This document shows, one piece after another, positions 29,008 to 41,779 of a DNA stretch of 64,000 nt. Below the pieces are notes generated by a model. That model was not told where the DNA came from. It searched no databases and worked only from the letters and a program-made list of their open reading frames with translations. Source of the DNA: the human T2T-CHM13v2.0 reference genome, Homo sapiens. Position 1 is the first letter of the stretch, and each line of letters starts with the position of its first letter. The translations under genes were made by a program, and so were the position numbers. The stretch is from assembly GCF_009914755.1 (NCBI RefSeq), contig NC_060938.1. One strand, 5' to 3'.

Positions 29008-29914
29008 TAAGCTAAGGTTTTTGGGGCCCTGATGAAAGAACTCAGAGTCCTGGAAGGTAAATAAAGTCTGCACTAACTCCTGACCTGCAGAGGTTCTTGC
29101 TGTGCAGAGAGGACTGCCAACACTATTAGAATGATAAGCATTAGGACTTTGTTACTGGGAGCTCCCTGCTCCAATCATCTATGTTAGAAATTTCAAAGCA
29201 AGTCTAGGGTGATTTCTGCAAAGTCCCATGTCCTCTCCCATTTTGCTTGCCCTCCCTCTTATTGGGAATTGGGGTGTTTGCTATTTCACAGTTAGAAGCA
29301 TTCTAATGATTCCTGATTCTCTTCAGTTCCGTGTGCTGGAGAGAGAATGGTTCTTCCTGCCTTCTTATCTGTTTTAGGTGAAAGTGGAGAAACAGTGAGG
29401 AGATTGGAAGGGAATGGCACACAGGTCTCTTGTTTTCCTTGAGCTCTTTAATCAGGGCCACTGAGCTGGTAGCTTTAGGGCAGGAAAGGAGCTGGGGACA
29501 CCATAATTTGATGCCATAAGGATTGCCAACCTTATGCTAACATGCCTGGCCATAACTCAGGGCTGAGGGGGAGATACTGCCTCCCAGTTTTCCTGCGGGA
29601 ACAAGGGCCAGCAGAGTCATACTGGTATCCTCAGATTTGTGAGAAACGGTCCCCCAAAGCCACGAAGCTTTAACTCCTTTCGTCCATGCCTTGGGATGGT
29701 GAACACACACCTGGATTTGTTTTGTTGTTTTGTCTCTCTATGGTTCTCTTTTCCTTCTTGCCCTTTTCTTCTTTTGTTTCTTTTTCTTTGTTCTCTTCAC
29801 TGGGACTTGGCCGGGCCTTGTACAAACCCCAACCATTCAACAGTGCTGGAGAGTAGATAGTATTTACCTCAATAATGGTAGTCTCCTTTCGATTCTTTTT
29901 AACCCTCAATTCAG

Positions 29915-29971
29915 ATGACGGGTCTAAGCCGACACCCACGATGGAGACCCAGCCGGTGTTCGATGGAGATG
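29915..29971 (+). CDS. SMOC1: SMOC1 coding exon (exon 6): (D)DGSKPTPTMETQPVFDGD(E)
   Basis: ttctttttaaccctcaattcag| acceptor; donor atg|gtaaga; 57 nt, phase 1-1; CpG-rich relative to the flanks. Confidence 0.95.
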
Positions 29972-30309
29972 GTAAGATCTTGCATTACTTCTGATGTTCA
30001 TTCTCCCACTCATTTTCAGGTTTGGGAAAAGTCTTAACGTTGGATGTTTGTTTAAGTTTTATTATTATTATTTTCTTTTTTAATTTCAATTTTTCCCAGT
30101 GTAAGCTGGGTTGTTTTAACCTTTTTAAAAAATGCAGATCCTCCCAGGAATTGGTACACTCTCCACTTCTGGAAGGGCCCTCTGTTCTCTCAGGCTTCCT
30201 GCCTGTCTCCTGGTGTCCAACAATAACACAGCCTGGACAGACCCTTGGAGCTGCCAAGACCCAGGAATCACAGCTGAGAAAGATAGTCAGGCCGGCAGTG
30301 TCCCTTCAG

Positions 30310-30760
30310 TAAATTAATTGGCACTTGCAAGTGTCCACTCTGTGCCTGGCACTGTGTGAGCCCCTCTGGGGGATGAAAAGGAGGTTTGGAGATGTAAACC
30401 TTTGCTCTCAAGACAGCTGCAACTCTTAGAGTGCTTTAAATTACGGGGTCTCCGTTCTTATTGTCATAGACATTTATGGAAGAAAGAGATCACCATGGTC
30501 TGGGAAAAGCTTTTGTGAAGAGCCAGGACTTGAGCTGGATCTTGAAAGTGGTGGGGAGGAGTCTGAGTGTTCCAGGCAGGGTGCTGGCATGGACAAGAGG
30601 GGAATGAGGTAGGGATGGGATACAGTGAGGAAAGTTGCAGGAAGGAGATTGGCCAGTGGGACTGGTTTGTGTAGGTTGTAGGGACGTTGAGAGTTGAGGC
30701 AGGACATTTTGGAGAGGAGAAATTCTAGGTCAAGAGAAATTGTGGCTGGTGGCAAAAGAG
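30310..30760 (-). mobile_element. L2 fragment
   Basis: ccactctgtgcctggcactgtg...tgctctcaag...ggaaaagcttttgtgaagag...gacttgagctggatcttgaaag. Confidence 0.55.
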
Positions 30761-31897
30761 AGGCTGGAAGTCTCTGGAGGCATAGAGAGAGGATAGGAGT
30801 GCGGGGTGCAGGAGGTTCAAGTTGGAGGTGCTCAGGGCCTGTACTCTAAAGTTTACTGTACTGAGTACTCCATATTCCCTTGATGAGGAACTGGAAGTTT
30901 GGCAGAGTGAAGTCTCTAAAGTATGACAATAAGGTTGGGATTTTAGTGCAATATGTAGCAAACTTTGAGCAGCTCCTAGCTAAGCGTATCCAGCCCTGGA
31001 TCATGAGACTGGGCAGAGTGACAGAAGAATAAAAAGAAATCATGCCACGGGTTAACACTGTGGCTATGGATGTCCCTAGCACAAGCTTAGCTCTGAGGAG
31101 GATTGAAATGTGCAATATCCTTTGCAATCAGCTCACTTATGGGAAGTTTTGTATGTTCATGTCTAAAAGTTTAGATGTAGATGTCTCTGTGATCCACAAA
31201 GGTCCTGGATCATTGACAAGTCTGGGACCCTGGGGGGTCAGGTGAGGGATGGAGACTGTCTCATCTTGGGAGACCTCCCCAATACCCTCATTGAAGGTCA
31301 CTCCACAGTATGCTCAGGTCACTTAGGATTCCCATCTGTCCACTGGGTGACCAAATCCTGGAGAGGCTGGAGGCACCCTGGCACTCTCTTGATGGAGGAA
31401 TTCAGCCTCTGCGCATGAGAAGCCATTAGAAAGGGGATTGAAGCACACATGAGACGCACTCCTTTCTTTCCCATCTGGAGCAATCTCGGCTCAGCCGTTT
31501 CCCCTAGAATGGTCTCTGTGGTTTGTTTGGCGTTCGTTTGTTGATTTATCCCCTTTAAATCTTCTCCCAGGGAAGCAGCTGAGAGGGACTTGGCTTGGCC
31601 CATGTTCCTTACCTCCTGGGATAATATTTTTATTCCTGGATGGAGTGCTCAGTGCCTCTGCATTCTGACCACTCTGCTTCCCAGCACAGGATGCCCTGAT
31701 CGGCTCTTATGAGCTGTTGGGGAGAGAAGCTTCCGTTGTGAGGAAGGGAGGGGAACTGGGAGGAGTGGATGTGGGAGAGAGCTGAAGCCTCAATGCCTCA
31801 GACTTTGAAAAATGACTATTAAGAAGTCTGAGGTTACACTTCCACTCACATAGTCTCTTTGCCCAGACTTTTTCTCTCTCCTTTTCCTCACCCCTAG

Positions 31898-31978
31898 AAA
31901 TCACAGCCCCAACTCTATGGATTAAACACTTGGTGATCAAGGACTCCAAACTGAACAACACCAACATAAGAAATTCAG
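31898..31978 (+). CDS. SMOC1: SMOC1 coding exon (exon 7): (E)ITAPTLWIKHLVIKDSKLNNTNIRNS(E)
   Basis: Long pyrimidine tract ending cccctag|; donor cag|gtaaat; 81 nt, phase 1-1; contains an NNT sequon. Confidence 0.95.
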
Positions 31979-33019
31979 GTAAATAACCTTCCTTGGATTA
32001 TATATGTACCCAGTCCATCCTTCCTTGCCCCGTGGTTCTGTGACTACTTATTGTGTGGGTTTGGAAAAATCATTTAATCTGTCTGGTTGTCAATTTCTAT
32101 AGCTATAAAATAAAGAGATTGGATAAGTTAATCCCTTCCAACTTTAATTTTCTTCAATTATCATCTCAGAGATCATCTTTCTTAGGTCGTTGATCCTCTT
32201 AACAAATTTCTTTGACTGTATATTATAATATTTTGGTTAACTTTCCATATGCCATGCAGAAGAATTTGAAAGAATGACTGGACATAAAGAAGTTGGACTT
32301 CAAGCCTGGAGGGAGTCGATTCTGTGTGTTTTGAAGGCTCTAAATAGCTGCTTACAGTCATGTCTTCTCTGGTCTGATCTTTTGGTAGGGGGTCTTGTGA
32401 GTGGTCAAGTTTGAGCACTGGCTGAACCCTCTGTAGAAAGTGATAATTTTTGAGGGGTGATCATATTTGTAGGATTTTTTTGTAGACTCTATTTAATAAC
32501 AATAAAGACCAGAGTCAGTAAAGTCTATTTACTATCAATAAAGACTGAATGTTCATCAACAGGAAAATGTGTTCACAAGCGAAATCTGTATCTCTATCAA
32601 GGAGGATCATCTTTTCAACCGAAGACTTCATTATGCGAAATACCACTCTGCATAATTTATGCCTGGTTGTTGAATTTAGCCCTATCTTCTTTTCCTTATA
32701 GGTGGCAAGACTATGAACAAAAGATATATGACTTTGAACCAGCAGGCAGAATTTTACATGACAATCAATTAATGAGTGTCCTGTCATTGGTCCCCTTTAA
32801 GTTGACCTGTTCACCAGCTCTGTCCTAATGGTGGCGATGTGGCATTAGAATGCAAGGAATTATATAGACCAGGAGGTGAATTCACACGCCATCAGTTGAG
32901 TTCCTCTGTGACTTGGGCTGGTCATTGCCTTTTCATGTGTCTGTTCACTGATAAAAGTTGGAGATATGGGATGGTGGAGTGAAAGGAGACTGTGAACCCC
33001 CTTGGGTCAGTCTTTGACA

Positions 33020-33275
33020 GAATAGTGCAGTGGTTAAAGCACAGGCTTTGGAATTAGTGAAACCTGGGTTCACATTGTAGCTCCAACACTTAGTGACCCC
33101 AGTCAAGTCACATAATTCCTTTGAGCCTCAATTCTCATTCATAAAATGGGAATCACAATCTCTCCCTCAAAGGACTATGGTTAAAAGTTAACTAAGATAA
33201 TGTCTATATGGCACTCAACTGATGCCTGGCTAACTGATAAATTGTAAGTACATATATTTATTATTATCATTATTA
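33020..33275 (+). mobile_element. MIR
   Basis: agtgcagtggttaaagcacaggctttgga...acctgggttc...tgagcctcaattctcattcataaaatggg. Confidence 0.75.
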
Positions 33276-33744
33276 TTGGTATGAATAACGGGAATAGTAA
33301 TGATGGTGCTTATTTTGAAAATTCTTCAATCAGAAAGAATTTATGATTGTCACCTTAAGCAAAGGCATCTATTAGGCTTCTTCTTAGGACCCCCTCTATT
33401 CCCCTTTCCCTGTTAGGCAAATATAAATCAAATAGAAGTGGTTTTGGTGCCTGTAGTACCTGGTGCCGGAAGTAACATTTGCAACTGGTCTCCTAGTCCC
33501 TGAGGCCCTGGAAGGTCTGCAAGACCCCCATGAGTTAATTCTCATTCTGTGACCAAGTGGAAGATACGAAGGTGAGCTCTGAATTATAACATACAGCACT
33601 TTTTTGGCTGAAACACTCACTTGGCCCTTAACAATTGTTTCCTTGAATTTCTTTTTCACTTACCCATGCATTTGATTGCTTTGGGGAACGATGGAGGAGA
33701 AAAGATCATCATCATCATCATCAAAATTAGAATAGCACTGTCAT

Positions 33745-33985
33745 AATAGCTACTTTGTTATCAGGTCCTGTGGAACTTTACATTTGTGTCATCTCACTTG
33801 AGCTTCCCCATAACCCTATGAGATAGCTATTGTTCTTGTCTCCATCTTGCAGATGAAGAGTCAGAGGCTGAGACAGAGGAAGTAACTTGTCCTGAGTCAT
33901 AGCTAGGGAGTGGTTGGGCTGGAGAAAACTAGTTATCCTTGGGAATAGAATGCCTGTCTTCTTGGGCTGTATTCTCTGCATGTAG
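33745..33985 (-). mobile_element. MIR
   Basis: cataaccctatgagatag...ctccatcttgcagatgaagag...aggctgagacagaggaagtaacttgtcctgagtcatagctag. Confidence 0.75.
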
Positions 33986-34392
33986 TAAAGTGGTGAGGTC
34001 AAAGTCAGTTGATAATCTTTGCTTCCGATGAAGTTCTTCTGCTTTCATTCCTACTCTCCAATTAGATGAGAATAGGGTCATGTTGAGAAATGGATTCTGG
34101 GCAGGTCCATCCACTTTCCTTTTGTTGGGGTGGCCTGGCCACGTTTATTTTTCTCTGGCTGACCCCAGTTATATCTGTAAGGTTCGTGTATATGACAGGA
34201 TAGTTGGGAGAGACCTAACAGTTCTCTGGGAGAAACTGAGACCAGGGCTAACTGTTAGAGATTGATAACTTAGGAATCTCCTACTCAACTGAGACTTTTT
34301 CCATCTTGATCAACTGGTAATATTGACTGAATGCCTATCAATCTCTTTGATATAATTATGTATAAAATATATGGTGCCACAAAGGCCTGTAA

Positions 34393-34592
34393 CAGGGGTT
34401 GTCAAATGGTCTCTTGCCTTCTTTTGAAAATAAAGTTGGGTTGGATCACAGCCACAGCCATATATTTGTGTAGTGTCTGTGACCATTTTCATCTAAATAG
34501 TAGAGTGGAATAGTTGTGACAGACCCTGTATGGCCTGCAAAGCCTAAAATATTTATTATCTGACCCTTTACAGAAAAGCTTTCTGGCTTCTG
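34393..34592. mobile_element. MER58A-like hAT-Charlie element
   Basis: caggggttgtcaaa start; tagttgtgacagaccctgtatggcctgcaaagcctaaaatatttattatctgaccctttacagaaaag. Confidence 0.8.
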
Positions 34593-34894
34593 GCATATAT
34601 GATTGAAATAGAAGCATTTGGATGGGAGTGTGTGTATGGGGATGTCTTACTTAAGTTTTCTGGCCCCTCTCATAGTCCAGGCAGGAGGATGCTCCCTGAC
34701 ATGCCCAGGTAAGCCTGCATCAGCACAGGAGCTCTGAGGCAGCTCACAAGGCTCTTCACCATCTCACACATACCTTTTCCAAGCTTTAATGTCCGGTTCT
34801 GGTGCATGCTCCCACAAACGGGTTGCCAAAAAAGCATCTTGATGTTTGGCTTTCTTAGGTAGTGGATAGGGAGTCTTTTGCATGTAGCGGAGAT

Positions 34895-35125
34895 AAACCA
34901 TGTAATGGCAAAAGCATGGGCTTTGGTGTCAGACAAACCTATAACCTGGTTTCCAATGCTAGCTTCCTACTGAGAGGTTTGGTGAGCTTGGGAAAGTTAA
35001 TTAACTTCCCTGAGTCTTGATTTCCTTATATGTAAAACAAAGTTTTAGTGCCTTGCAGGATTTCTTTGTGAGGACTCAAGAGCATCTGTGTAATGCCTGG
35101 CACATAGTAGGTATACCATAAATGA
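34895..35125 (+). mobile_element. MIR
   Basis: aaagcatgggctttggtgtcagacaaacct...cttgggaaagttaattaacttccctgagtc...gcctggcacatagtaggt. Confidence 0.75.
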
Positions 35126-36839
35126 TTTTTTAAACCCAACAAAACACTGGTGACTCTTGGTGGAATATCTTTATGTCTTTTGCTAGCCACTTGTCACATG
35201 TTATCATATTTGGTTTAATGAGAAGTCAGATATACCTTAATGATAACTTATGTCTGGATATTTGGCTCTGGTAGGGACTGGAGCCTTTTGGCCAAACACC
35301 TGAGACAGTTTTTCATTAGAGTTTGATGGATGATCCTGGGTTCAGGTGTGCTTCAGCCTGCATCCCCGGGGAGGTTGCCATGGGACTCCGTGAAGCCCAT
35401 CGGGGTGAGAGCTCTTCTTCTCAGCTGTCTCTCAGAGGCAAAAAGGCTATCCCAGTTTCTTTTACACCCCACACATCCTTTTTTCACACTCAGACCCTGT
35501 GACGCCAGGTTTGTTTTCTGGCCTGGGGATTGTTGATGTTGGAAAGGTTCCACTGGGCAGCTGAAGTTTTGCAATAACATGACACATATGCCTACAGACT
35601 CTCCTAGTCTCCCTCTCTGCTCCTGGAAGTTTTGGCCCTTGTTTTTAAGGCTTTGTCATGTGTTCACTATAGTCAGTGTCGCCTTTTGAGTAATTGGCAG
35701 GTTCAGCATTGACAGATTTGCTTCTTTGCTCTTCTCTTCAGTTCTCGCCTCCATTGAACCTCTCCTCCATTGCATCTCCAGTGCACCAGGAATTCCTTTT
35801 GCATTCAGGAAGACAATGTACCTGGCCAGCTAATACGCTAGAACTTGAGAACAGCATCTTCCCATAGATGAGTGTTGGATGGAGCCTCTGTTCTGCTTTT
35901 ATAAGGAAATATGAACTCTTGCTAAGTTTTTTTTTTTTTTAAATCAGGGGTTGGCTACCAAGGCATTTCTTAATATACCTAGTGTTTAAAATATTTTTTA
36001 ACCATCTATATGTTACAGAAGATAAAGATATGAAATAAGTGACAAGAATTAGGTTTCATCTAATTCTTCACCTCATCTTCTCATGTTTCTAATTTGACTA
36101 TGTGCAGGCACTTTCCTATGGCTCTGATTTACATCTTTGTTTCTATATGACGAACTTCCACCCTTTCTCTTCTGGGCAAGTATAATCTCTCAGGAAATAT
36201 CTTCATGCACTTCTCTGTGCAGCAAAGTAATGCTCCCAAGGCCCACCACTCATTTCCTTCTGCCCTGGGGGCTTGACTCTGTGGCCTCAAGTGGAGTAGA
36301 GAGGTGTGACTTCCCTCTTTGTTTTGTCATCTCTTTCTTTCCTTTGTCCCTGTTTTTTTCCAGTTAACTTCTTCCATGATCTGATCAAGGGCCTCAAGGA
36401 GGCCCTAGACCCTGGCCCTGTGAGTTAAATCTGAAAGGGCCATGCCTTTCCTCCCTTGCCTCTTAGACCCACAGCGCTCCCTTCTCTACATCATTGAATG
36501 GAGCAGCTCATGGTGACTCTGCTCCCTGGAGATACAGCCATCAGCACAGACATAAGGTGGAAATGCATTTCTTTTAAGTTTTACCATGAAAGTGACACCC
36601 TGGCCTCCTCGTGCATGACTGTGACTGTGTTTTCTCATGTCACCTTACCTGTCACAGGTAAGCTGTTCACAGTATCAGAGTGCTGCTCTTCTAGGCCTGC
36701 TTCAGGCCATTTGGCCACGTCTTGGATTGCTTCTTCCTCACCCAGGAAGTTCCTGCTGGGATAGCTGCTATGACTGGGACTTGGGGTCACTGAGGCAACT
36801 GCACCTCCTGGCTGGATTCCCCACCCCCCAAGCCAGCAC

Positions 36840-37085
36840 TCTTGGCCCGCCTAGAAACCACCGGCTGATGTAATGACTTGAGGCCTGGAAAAATAAACAG
36901 CTCGCAGGGAAACCAGCGGTAGCCGTCGTAAGCAAATACCCCATGGCCACCTGGAATCTCGCACATGACGTGATTGGGAGGAAGAATGAGTAATCCACTA
37001 ACGTTAGCAGCCGAGGATGGGTCTGGGCTTGTGTGCATTTAAAATATCTATATAAAAATACACCCTGGATATTTATTTCCATAAC
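36840..37085 (+). promoter_or_regulatory. Candidate intronic enhancer or internal promoter
   Basis: 10 CpGs in 36841-37020; TGACGTGA 36966-36973; ATTGG 36973-36977; TATAAAA 37051-37057; forkhead-like ATAAACA and GCAAATA. Motif evidence only. Confidence 0.4.
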
Positions 37086-37839
37086 TGGCCTTCTGGATGT
37101 CTGCCCATCTCTCTGATGCAGGTGCCTTGGTCAATCATGGCCAGTAGAATTGAGCTGGGGATGGGGGATGGGTGGTCATCCCTATGGCTTTCTCCATGGC
37201 AACAAAGGCCTTTTTCTTTCTTAAAATTTCCCTTTGCGGAGAGAAGCAATAAACACACTTGGAGGCCCCATGAAGCCTAGCCGCACAGTCCATTTTTACC
37301 TTGTTTTAAAATTAGCTTTCCTGGTCGCCTTGCTCCTTTGCCCCATGTTGTCTGCTTGGAACACAAAGGTGTGGGAGGGTGGAGGGATGTGCTGCAGGAC
37401 ACAGCACTGGGATGACGTGCTGCACCAGCAAGGGTTCTGTTTCTGTTTCTGGAGGTGAGTGTGTCTGCTTTTTAATGTTAGATAGCAAAACTACGTGCCC
37501 TGGTATTTTCCTTTTGGCCTCTGCTGCTAAGACACTGAAATTGAAGATCTTGCCCAGGTATTGTCATTGGCTCATTCCAATTTTCTGGAAGTCAACTACA
37601 GTCTCTGCTTAGATCTGAGCATCCTTGTTCTGTGTTTATTTGTAAAGTGGCTTTGGAAGTAGACGGGGTCTACATCTCATAAACACACTCACACAGGCAA
37701 CACTCATGTTTTGGGGAGTAAAGAGTGAAGTTGTGATACTTTATTTTGATAAATTTAAATAGCTTTTCCATCTTCCACCTTTGTCTGTGCCTTCTCCTCC
37801 CTTTCTGTCTAAATTTTTATTTGCTAGAACTTGCTCTTA

Positions 37840-37903
37840 AAAGTACGGAGACTGTCAGTTTAAGGCCAATGAAAGTACAGAGACTGTCAGGTTAAAGCCA
37901 ATG
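37840..37903. repeat. Two-copy 32-bp tandem duplication
   Basis: aaagtacggagactgtcagtttaaggccaatg then aaagtacagagactgtcaggttaaagccaatg (3 mismatches). Confidence 0.9.
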
Positions 37904-38882
37904 AAGTTACTGAGAAAAACTAGAAAAAAGGCAGCTTGCTATTTCTCAGTACTTGTCATTGCAAAGATACTGTGAAGTATTTCATATTCTTTTTGGTGGA
38001 AGGGTCATATCTGCTCACTTAATGCCATGAGTCAATAGAGATGGGAACTTTTCTAAAATTTGAGCGGGTGCGAGTCAGTGATGCCTTGGGGGAAAAGTTA
38101 AAAAGAAAAATGCCTCCATGCTATATTGGGACAATCCATCCTGGAAGAAATATCCTCTGTAGAATTTCGATCTTGTTCTTCCCTGCCCTGTAGGAACTCA
38201 GTCTCTGCGTGGGAAGGAAGCGGTCACCACTTCAGACCATGGTGAGCCATGCATGACCATTTTGGGTTACACAGAGAGAAACTATTTAGACAGGCTGGTT
38301 GGTTTGTAATTTTCCCTTACACCTCCTCACCCATGACACTTCATCCCAGCAGCATGCCCTACTTACAGTGCCAACTGTAAACATCCCTGTGAGGAGGTGG
38401 CCTCGGCCAACGTCAGGGATATGGGGTGGACGGTGTTACTTTTGTGCTGAAGATGGGATCTCCGAGACATAGCAGGTTAGGTGTGGCTCACAGGCCACAT
38501 AGCAGGGCTGTGGAAAGAGGTATGAGGTACGAGGGAGAACCTGAGAGCACCGAGCAGCCTTCCCCTTAACCCAGCCCCTTCCTGGTGCTCTGTTCCACTG
38601 GGACTTGGGAAGCTAAGTTTGGATCTGGCCCCTGAGTCACTGGGAAGTGCACCTGATTTTGTTTAATTGTAAGACTGTGGGCCGTTAGAGTGAGAAGGGC
38701 CTGAGAGTCATCTAGCATTGCCGCTTAGTTTTAAATGAGAAAACAGGAGCCCAGACTTGCTAAGGGCCTTGTCCAAGGTCATAGATCCATCAAGAACTAT
38801 CATGTGCTAAGGCCTCTGTTTGCCACTGAGGGGTCAAAGGATGAAATACAAGGAACATTTAAGGCAGGAGCTGACCACTGGG

Positions 38883-39108
38883 CAGTGGTGCACCAAAGGG
38901 ATGGGGGGTGATGGTGTGGTCCATACCAGTGGGGAGGAGTATTTTATCACTGACATTGTTTTGAATTGCTGGCATAGTGATTATAAAAAGCAGATAGACT
39001 CTTAGCTATATGTGCATATTTTTTTTAGTTTACCTACAGACCTAATACCCCTTTATTGCCTGCCTCTGGAGCATACTGCTCCATTCCCCTGCCCTTGGTC
39101 AGCTACTG
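38883..39108 (+). mobile_element. hAT-Tip100 element (ORSL/MER97-like)
   Basis: Imperfect TIRs cagtggtgcaccaa ... ttggtcagctactg; internal gagtattttatcactgacattg. Confidence 0.55.
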
Positions 39109-39194
39109 GAGTCCTGTTGAGGAGACGGGTCATTCACAGGGATAGGGCAGGAAGACCATGTTTGCTCCACAATGCTACCTTAGACAAGCTAATA

Positions 39195-39420
39195 GGAATA
39201 GTAGCTACCATTTAGCAACTTACTGTGCCACCAGGTTTAATGTTTTTCACACACGATTGCATTTAATCTTCACAATGACCCTGTGAGGCATGTGCAAGAG
39301 TTACCTTACTTTTACACGTAAGGAACCTGAACTGGCCAAGGTCACAGAGAAAACAAGGGGTAGAGCCTGAATCATTGACCACAAAGCCCATGCTCTTGAC
39401 TGCCTATATTGCCTCTATTC
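39195..39420 (-). mobile_element. MIR
   Basis: aatagtagctaccattt...catttaatcttcacaatgaccctgtgagg...ttttacacgtaaggaacctga...ccaaggtcacag. Confidence 0.7.
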
Positions 39421-41779
39421 CAACTGTTGCTGACTTCAGAACCTCCTAACATGCCAGACCCTTCGATAGGAGTATGCAGGAGGAGTGATAGGCACTTACT
39501 ACTGCTTTTAGCCTTGCCAAGGAAGCCCTAGTATTCCCTCATCCCCTACCTCTAGTTCCCTCTGACCGCCCTGAGTTCTCTCTGGCAGTTGAGCTTTTAG
39601 ACCATCCTCACATCTCCATCTGGGCTGGAGCTGGCGACAGTTCTTCTCTTGGCCAGTGAGTTAATTAGAAAGGTGCTCCCTCCAGGGGGTCCTCCCGGGT
39701 CCCTTTGTAGGTTACAATTGAGGGATGATGTTAGATTTTTGCTTTCTTTTGCTGCCTATTCTGTGGGGGAAAGGGCTTTTTAGCTTAAAGGGGATGGAAA
39801 AACCCATGCCAACAGAAGTGTGACTTTAATTCGTGCAAATTCTGTTTCTATTCTCCCCATACCCTCCCTCTACCTGATACAAACCTGAGCACAATTTCGG
39901 CGGCTGACTTTGTTCTGTTTGCCAGCGATGTTTGCTTTTTCCTTGCCCTGGTAGAGCCTTTCCTTTTCTGGGCCAGTTGTCTACCCTCTATTTGGAAAGG
40001 AGCCCTGAGCAATGGTTCTGTGGGCTCTCCCCCTCCTCAGGGGCTCCCAGAGCCCCTGCATAACTCTGAGTCACATAGATGTTGAGAAATTGGGAATTGG
40101 GAATTGGCGATGGCCAAGTGGCACTGAGTGGTGTGCGTGATGGAAAGCCATGGTAGCAGGGCAGAGTCGGCCCAGCAAATGGTGCTTGGAAAAATGATCC
40201 TCTGGGGGCCACTTAGCCCCTCCTGTGAAAAAGTGCAAAGTCCACAAGTAAGAAAAATAACCTGTTCACATAGTTGGCTTGAAACCATAGGTGCTAAAAC
40301 CCCCTGTGGCTAAATAAACAGCAAGGGCCTGCTCAGTGATGTCCCATAAATCATGGAGTGCAGCAACCCTTCCCTGGGGCACCACATCTAGTCCCTGTGC
40401 TAATCCTTCTGAAACAGCAAAGTCAGTTCCTTACAACCTGGTCCTATCTTTCTCTCTTTTACTCCTGCAGTGCCTTCCTCTGCCAAATTCTCAGCCACCC
40501 TACAGTTCTGGAACACTCCCGACACCACACTCTCACATGCTCGCACGCTGACCTAGAGAATCCTGAGGCTGGAGCCATGTGGTTTCTTATGCCTCTGGAA
40601 TTTCATGTTGTAATTTAGAAAGGTTGTTTTCAACACACAGTTTGATATTTTGGGTTATCTTTCAGCATTTCATTCATTTTTGATAAGAGACTAGGTGGGT
40701 GTGAAGTATTTGATGGGGTTTCAGGGTCACTGTAGGTGATACAATGCTAATTTTTTCTTTAATATTCTTGGCTCAGTGGGACAACTCCTTTTGCAATGAA
40801 ACCCAAGTAAGTGCCTCTCATTTTTCAGTCTGGGTAACATTTTAATTGATTTTTCCCCCAAGAAAATCCAGTGCTTGATGGTCTGAGGGTTGAGTGTAGC
40901 ATTTCCCAGGATGTGTCAAAGGGATAGATATTCTTTTTGCAGCCTCTGTGGTCTCATCCCTACGGTTTATTCAACAGTGGGCAGCCCCATCTCTGAAGTG
41001 TCAGACTAGAATTCTGTGAGAGGGGTGACATAATGGGGACTCAAGCAATAGAAGGGTTCTTGGACCAAGTACCCTTTATGAATCTTTTACACCAGAGATT
41101 CCATGGCTCTCCTATGGCCACCAGAGACGGGTGTGGTGAAGGCTCAGGAAGGATGTGCAGAGCCCTAGTTTCCAGGAACTTGCATCCAGTGAAGTCAGGG
41201 TACCGAGGACAAGGGGCCCACGAGGGCAGATCCTCCACTGCTTCTAGCCTTGTTCCAGGCAGGGCCTCAGGGAAAGCTTCAGGGATGGAGGATGGCCTAG
41301 AATGAGGGTAGGCAAAGATCTCATGGTTTATTCTTTCTGCTTGCTACATCTTAGAGGATTTTTCTGGCCTCTCCAGCACCTGACATGATGCCAGCACCCA
41401 GTACATATACAACCAGTAATATCCTGGGTGATAACCTGGGTCTACAAGGTCCCAGTCCTTTTTTGTGTCCTCTTCCTGGGCCCTAATCTCATTTTCTACT
41501 CAGGATCCTGCTTTAGGTCCTCCTCTCTCAGGACCATGTCAGCTTACTTTTTCTGTAGTGTAAGGAACTCCCTGTCTGGATGGCCAGAGTAGGCACCTTG
41601 GTTACCAAACGAGCCTCCACTGGGAGAGCTTCTGATTCTTTCTCCAGGAAGACTGCATCATTCATCAAGGCATCTTCCCAGTCCATGTTTTCATGGCTTG
41701 TGGCTCTTCTTCAGTTCTTCCGCGTATGGTTCTCTGTAAGATTAGCCTTTTTTCTTGCACTTATTTTTCAGATGGACTT

